NCBI GenBank assembly: GCA_963699545.1
Contig: CAVOUE010000003.1
Location: forward strand, 160,001-224,000
Source: Nitrospirota bacterium
GTDB lineage: Bacteria; Nitrospirota; Thermodesulfovibrionia; Thermodesulfovibrionales; UBA9159
DNA length: 64,000 nucleotides
Reading direction: 5' to 3'
Shown here: positions 60,385 through 64,000 of the stretch, one piece after another
How positions within the stretch are numbered: position 1 is the stretch's first letter
Layout of the letters: every line of letters starts with the position of its first letter
Made by a program: the position numbers and the translations under genes
Notes under the pieces: generated by a model
The model's input: only the letters and a program-made list of their open reading frames with translations
What the model was told of the DNA's origin: nothing
The model's database searches: none

Positions 60385-60430
60385 CAAATCATAAGACCGA
60401 TGCATATGAGGTGCATCAAGCGGAGGAGAT

Positions 60431-60859
60431 ATGACGAAGAAAAAAGTATTGTTTGTCTGTGTTCATAACAGTGCCAGAAGCCAGATGGCGGAGGCATTCT
60501 TGAACTCCTTGGGAGGCGACAGATTTGAAGCTGAAAGTGCTGGATTGGAACCAGGCCAGTTGAACCCTCTCGTCATTGAGGCGATGAAGGAAATAGGGCT
60601 CGATATATCAGGGAACAAAACACAGAGTGCATTTGATTGTTTTAAGGCGGGGCGACTTTACCATTACGTCATAACAGTGTGCGATGAAACAAACGCTGAA
60701 AGGTGTCCTGTATTTCCAGGATTCGCAAAGAGACTGCATTGGGAATTTGATGACCCATCCAAGCTTCAGGGAAGCCATGAGGAAAAACTTCAGGGGATAA
60801 GGATAATCAGAGACAGGATAAAGGGTCAGATAGAGCAGTGGCTCTCTCAGAATGTATGA
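60431..60859 (+). CDS. arsC: Thioredoxin-coupled arsenate reductase (LMW-PTP fold)
   Basis: [17 protein letters not shown]....RCP.FPG, HW.F.DP. Confidence 0.92.
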   Translation: MTKKKVLFVCVHNSARSQMAEAFLNSLGGDRFEAESAGLEPGQLNPLVIEAMKEIGLDISGNKTQSAFDCFKAGRLYHYVITVCDETNAERCPVFPGFAKRLHWEFDDPSKLQGSHEEKLQGIRIIRDRIKGQIEQWLSQNV

Positions 60860-60884
60860 ACGAGATGAAGATGAGGTATGAACA

Positions 60885-61967
60885 ATGAACCCCAAAATTA
60901 CACAACGACTTTCATTCTTGGATAGATTCCTCACCCTTTGGATATTTCTCGCGATGGGGCTGGGAGTGTCTTTGGGGTATTTTGTTCCGGGACTTGAGGC
61001 CTTCATCAACGGGTTCCAAGTTGGCACAACGAATATACCGATCGCCATAGGGCTGATCCTCATGATGTATCCTCCTCTTGCGAAGGTCAAATATGAGGAA
61101 CTGGGGCAGATTTTCGGAGACAGGAGGGTGCTTGTTCTGTCTCTGGTACAGAACTGGGTCATCGGTCCTGTCCTGATGTTCCTGCTCGCCATTGTCTTCC
61201 TGAAGGGCTATCCGGAGTATATGGCAGGGCTGATCCTCATCGGTCTTGCACGTTGTATCGCTATGGTCATTGTCTGGAATGACCTTGCCTGTGGAGATCG
61301 GGAGTATGCCGCTGCTCTGGTCGCCTTCAACTCCATCTTCCAGGTGCTCTTTTTTTCTGTTTATGCGTACACGTTTATTACTGTCCTGCCTCCCTTGCTC
61401 GGCCTTAAAGGGCAAGTGGTCAATGTGACCATGGTTCAGATCGCAAAGAGCGTCTTTATCTATCTTGGAGTCCCCTTTATTGCAGGGATGCTTACACGGT
61501 TTAGCCTGTTGAAAATGAAGGGCAGGGAATGGTATGAAAGAACCTTTGTTCCGAAGATAAGTCCCATAACGCTTATAGCCCTCTTGTTCACTATTGTTGT
61601 GATGTTCACGCTCAAGGGGAACTATATTGTCCAGCTCCCTCTTGATGTCGTCAGGGTGGCGATCCCCCTTCTTGTTTATTTTGTCCTGATGTTCCTGGTC
61701 TCATTCTATCTTGGCAGGAGATTCGGTGCGGGATATGAGAAGACAACCACCCTTTCCTTCACTGCTGCAAGTAACAATTTTGAGCTTGCGATAGCGGTGG
61801 CGATCTCTGTGTTCGGGATCAACTCGGGACAGGCCTTTGCTGCGGTCATCGGTCCCCTTGTTGAAGTTCCGGCCCTCATAGCTTTAGTGAATGTAGCCCT
61901 CTTTTTCCAGCGGAAATATTTTCCGAGCCGGTATTGCAGGGTCGTTGGCGTTAAGTCGCCTCTATGA
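60885..61967 (+). CDS. acr3: ACR3-family arsenite efflux pump
   Basis: [51 protein letters not shown]. Confidence 0.95.
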   Translation: MNPKITQRLSFLDRFLTLWIFLAMGLGVSLGYFVPGLEAFINGFQVGTTNIPIAIGLILMMYPPLAKVKYEELGQIFGDRRVLVLSLVQNWVIGPVLMFLLAIVFLKGYPEYMAGLILIGLARCIAMVIVWNDLACGDREYAAALVAFNSIFQVLFFSVYAYTFITVLPPLLGLKGQVVNVTMVQIAKSVFIYLGVPFIAGMLTRFSLLKMKGREWYERTFVPKISPITLIALLFTIVVMFTLKGNYIVQLPLDVVRVAIPLLVYFVLMFLVSFYLGRRFGAGYEKTTTLSFTAASNNFELAIAVAISVFGINSGQAFAAVIGPLVEVPALIALVNVALFFQRKYFPSRYCRVVGVKSPL

Positions 61968-61992
61968 AGCAGCGAAGGGAGACATTGAAGGC

Positions 61993-62709
61993 ATGAGAAT
62001 AGCGGTCCTCGGAGACATACATGGAAATATTGAAGCGTTGAACGTGGCTTACAATGCAGCTCTCTCTTTAAACGTCAATACAATATATCATCTTGGGGAT
62101 CTTGGCGGCTATGCCCCGTTTGTGAACGAGGTGGTCGATTTCCTCGTCGAGCATGGCATTGAAGGTGTGCAGGGGAACTACGATGAAACGGTCGCCAATG
62201 ACCGTGAGCACTGCGGGTGCAGGGCCGAAGACCCGGTTCAGGAGGAAATGGCGAACCGGTCCTTCGAATGGACGAAGAGGCATGCGTCTCAGAAGACCAA
62301 AGAGTATCTGAAAAAACTTCCTTTTAGTATTTCGTTTCAGGCTGAGGGGAAAAAGGTGCTGCTTTTCCACGCGACACCGGGGAAAAACAATCTCTATTGG
62401 TACGAGGACAGGCCCGAGAAGTTCTTCCGGGAGATGGCCGGGAAGGTGGACGCCGACGTTATGATATACGGGCACACTCATAAACCGTACAGACAGGATA
62501 TACAGGGAAGGGTCTTCATAAACGCCGGGAGCGTAGGGAAACCAAAGGACGGGGACGCGCGGACGTGTGTAGCGCTGGTGGAGATCTCAGATGAGGGAGT
62601 GAACCATGAGTTTCTGAGGGCGCCGTACGATATCGAGAAAGTGGCTTCCGCCATCCTTGCCAGTGGATTGCCTCCCGCTTTGGCCGACAGACTCAGGGAA
62701 GCCCGCTAA
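61993..62709 (+). CDS. Metallophosphoesterase (YfcE/PPP-like), ars-linked
   Basis: DIHGN, GDLGGY, GNYD, CGC, FHA, GHTH, NAGSVGKPKDGD. Confidence 0.9.
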   Translation: MRIAVLGDIHGNIEALNVAYNAALSLNVNTIYHLGDLGGYAPFVNEVVDFLVEHGIEGVQGNYDETVANDREHCGCRAEDPVQEEMANRSFEWTKRHASQKTKEYLKKLPFSISFQAEGKKVLLFHATPGKNNLYWYEDRPEKFFREMAGKVDADVMIYGHTHKPYRQDIQGRVFINAGSVGKPKDGDARTCVALVEISDEGVNHEFLRAPYDIEKVASAILASGLPPALADRLREAR

Positions 62710-62721
62710 GCCCTGAACGTA

Positions 62722-63903
62722 TCAAAAGATCGGGGTGGGCACTTTCCCCCAGCCTGTGTCTTTTGAGAGGTCCTTGAGGCCGTGAATACTCATCGTATGG
62801 ATATCCATATCGACCATGAACTCCGGCGTTCTCACCGCGCTGATGAAAAATACATCGTAAGGTCTGCTGACCGTCACATTATTGATCTTTAAAAAAATCA
62901 GCCTTCTTTCAACCCCCATGGTCATAGTATGCTCGGAATGACCTCCCGCCCCATGCATTGCATGATGTCCCTCCTTCAGGTGACTAAAGGGGTGAAGTAT
63001 CCAGTCGGCAAACATCCTGATGGTATGTTCGTGCTTATAGAGTTTCCACTCACCCCCGGTATCCGCTATGAGCCCCTGCATGATGTAGTGCGGAGGCAGG
63101 AAATAAACAAGATACTGTTCACTATTTTTCAGTCTAGTTTTCACTTCCTCCATCTTCAAAATATCTCTCATCCTGTGTTCCATCTTTCCCAAATCTTCAG
63201 GAAGGATCGCAAGAGCTACCACATTGGCATCGGTCCACACCGGGAGATGCCTTATGGTATAGTCCCTCAGGGAGAAAGCACCCCCAATGGTAATCGCAGC
63301 GATAAGAACAAAAAGTGTTATCTTGCCCGGAATTGACGACGGAGAGACACGATGCTCAATTGTCTTTGGCAAGAACATTCCGGTTCTGTCCATGTATTCT
63401 TTGTAGGCAGCGGGATGCTCCTTTAACATCCTCCTTTCCTCATCCTTTGAGAGAAAATAGTAGATGAGGATCATCACAAGCCAGAGGACAGCAACCAGGA
63501 ATCTGGGCCAGAGGATGGCTAAACCCATACCGGTGATACCAAGACCCAGGTATTGAGGATGCCTTATAAATGAGTACAGTCCTTTTGAAACGGCACCTTT
63601 TCTGAAGAATTTATTAGTATATACCTGAAGAGCACAGGCGAGAAAAACCACGATTCCTCCAACAAAGAGAACCGAACCCATTATCCGTATGAATTTCAGG
63701 AAATCATCAGGAGGGATGACCATATGGGGAAGGAAAAAACAACTGAGCCATCTCGTTGCAGGATACTTTGCTATCTCAAGAAGGAAAGGATTGAACACAG
63801 AGTAAAAAAAACCGGCAAAGGGGCTGATCATTATGAGGATTTCAAGACAGATGACGAAATAGAGAACTATGGCGCTGTTCAATACAGCTTTATTTTTATT
63901 CAT
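62722..63903 (-). CDS. Isoprenylcysteine-methyltransferase/PEMT-family membrane protein with His-rich C-terminal domain
   Basis: GLYS.IRHPQY.G, EE..M......Y..Y...TGMFLP; HHAMHGAGGHSEH segment. Confidence 0.75.
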   Translation of the reverse strand: MNKNKAVLNSAIVLYFVICLEILIMISPFAGFFYSVFNPFLLEIAKYPATRWLSCFFLPHMVIPPDDFLKFIRIMGSVLFVGGIVVFLACALQVYTNKFFRKGAVSKGLYSFIRHPQYLGLGITGMGLAILWPRFLVAVLWLVMILIYYFLSKDEERRMLKEHPAAYKEYMDRTGMFLPKTIEHRVSPSSIPGKITLFVLIAAITIGGAFSLRDYTIRHLPVWTDANVVALAILPEDLGKMEHRMRDILKMEEVKTRLKNSEQYLVYFLPPHYIMQGLIADTGGEWKLYKHEHTIRMFADWILHPFSHLKEGHHAMHGAGGHSEHTMTMGVERRLIFLKINNVTVSRPYDVFFISAVRTPEFMVDMDIHTMSIHGLKDLSKDTGWGKVPTPIF

Positions 63904-64000
63904 GGTGAAACCTCATTTCTATTATCTCACAGGTAAAGGCACAGGCCAATAGCAAGAAGCTTTCTGACCTTTCCTCTTTCTAAATGATATCCCTGCGTTC

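Overview
Bacterial chromosomal window. The gene content suggests an anaerobic sulfur-metabolising organism, most plausibly Nitrospirota/Thermodesulfovibrionia (inference). The core is a co-oriented minus-strand cluster: adk - sat - aprB - aprA - qmoABC - CBS protein - hppA - YkgJ-like Fe-S protein. Its sat looks foreign: 14/15 Arg codons are CGN versus 7/7 AGR in the neighbouring aprB, and the protein resembles sulfur-oxidiser ATP sulfurylases. The window also holds signalling proteins (a PAS/GAF kinase whose H-box His is Asp; two proteins sharing a CxxC...HxxCxxC module at opposite ends), a glutaredoxin/ferredoxin:thioredoxin-reductase pair and two Lys-rich histone-H1-like small proteins. tRNA-Leu(GAG) and tRNA-Ser(TGA) both carry integration scars. 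A c-di-GMP-I (GEMM) riboswitch precedes a cNMP/CBS/DUF294 gene. Further right are toxin-antitoxin genes (an intact Phd/PIN pair; an orphan higA behind a 9-codon higB relic), rtcA, cfa, an NHEJ cluster (two ku genes, a stand-alone LigD polymerase, and a PE-ligase LigD with nested palindromic repeats in its coding region), and divergent chr and ars operons with visible operators. About a dozen genes, including qmoA and hppA, are split by single-base indels, most likely long-read errors rather than real pseudogenes. No CRISPR array, rRNA, integrase or transposase was seen.
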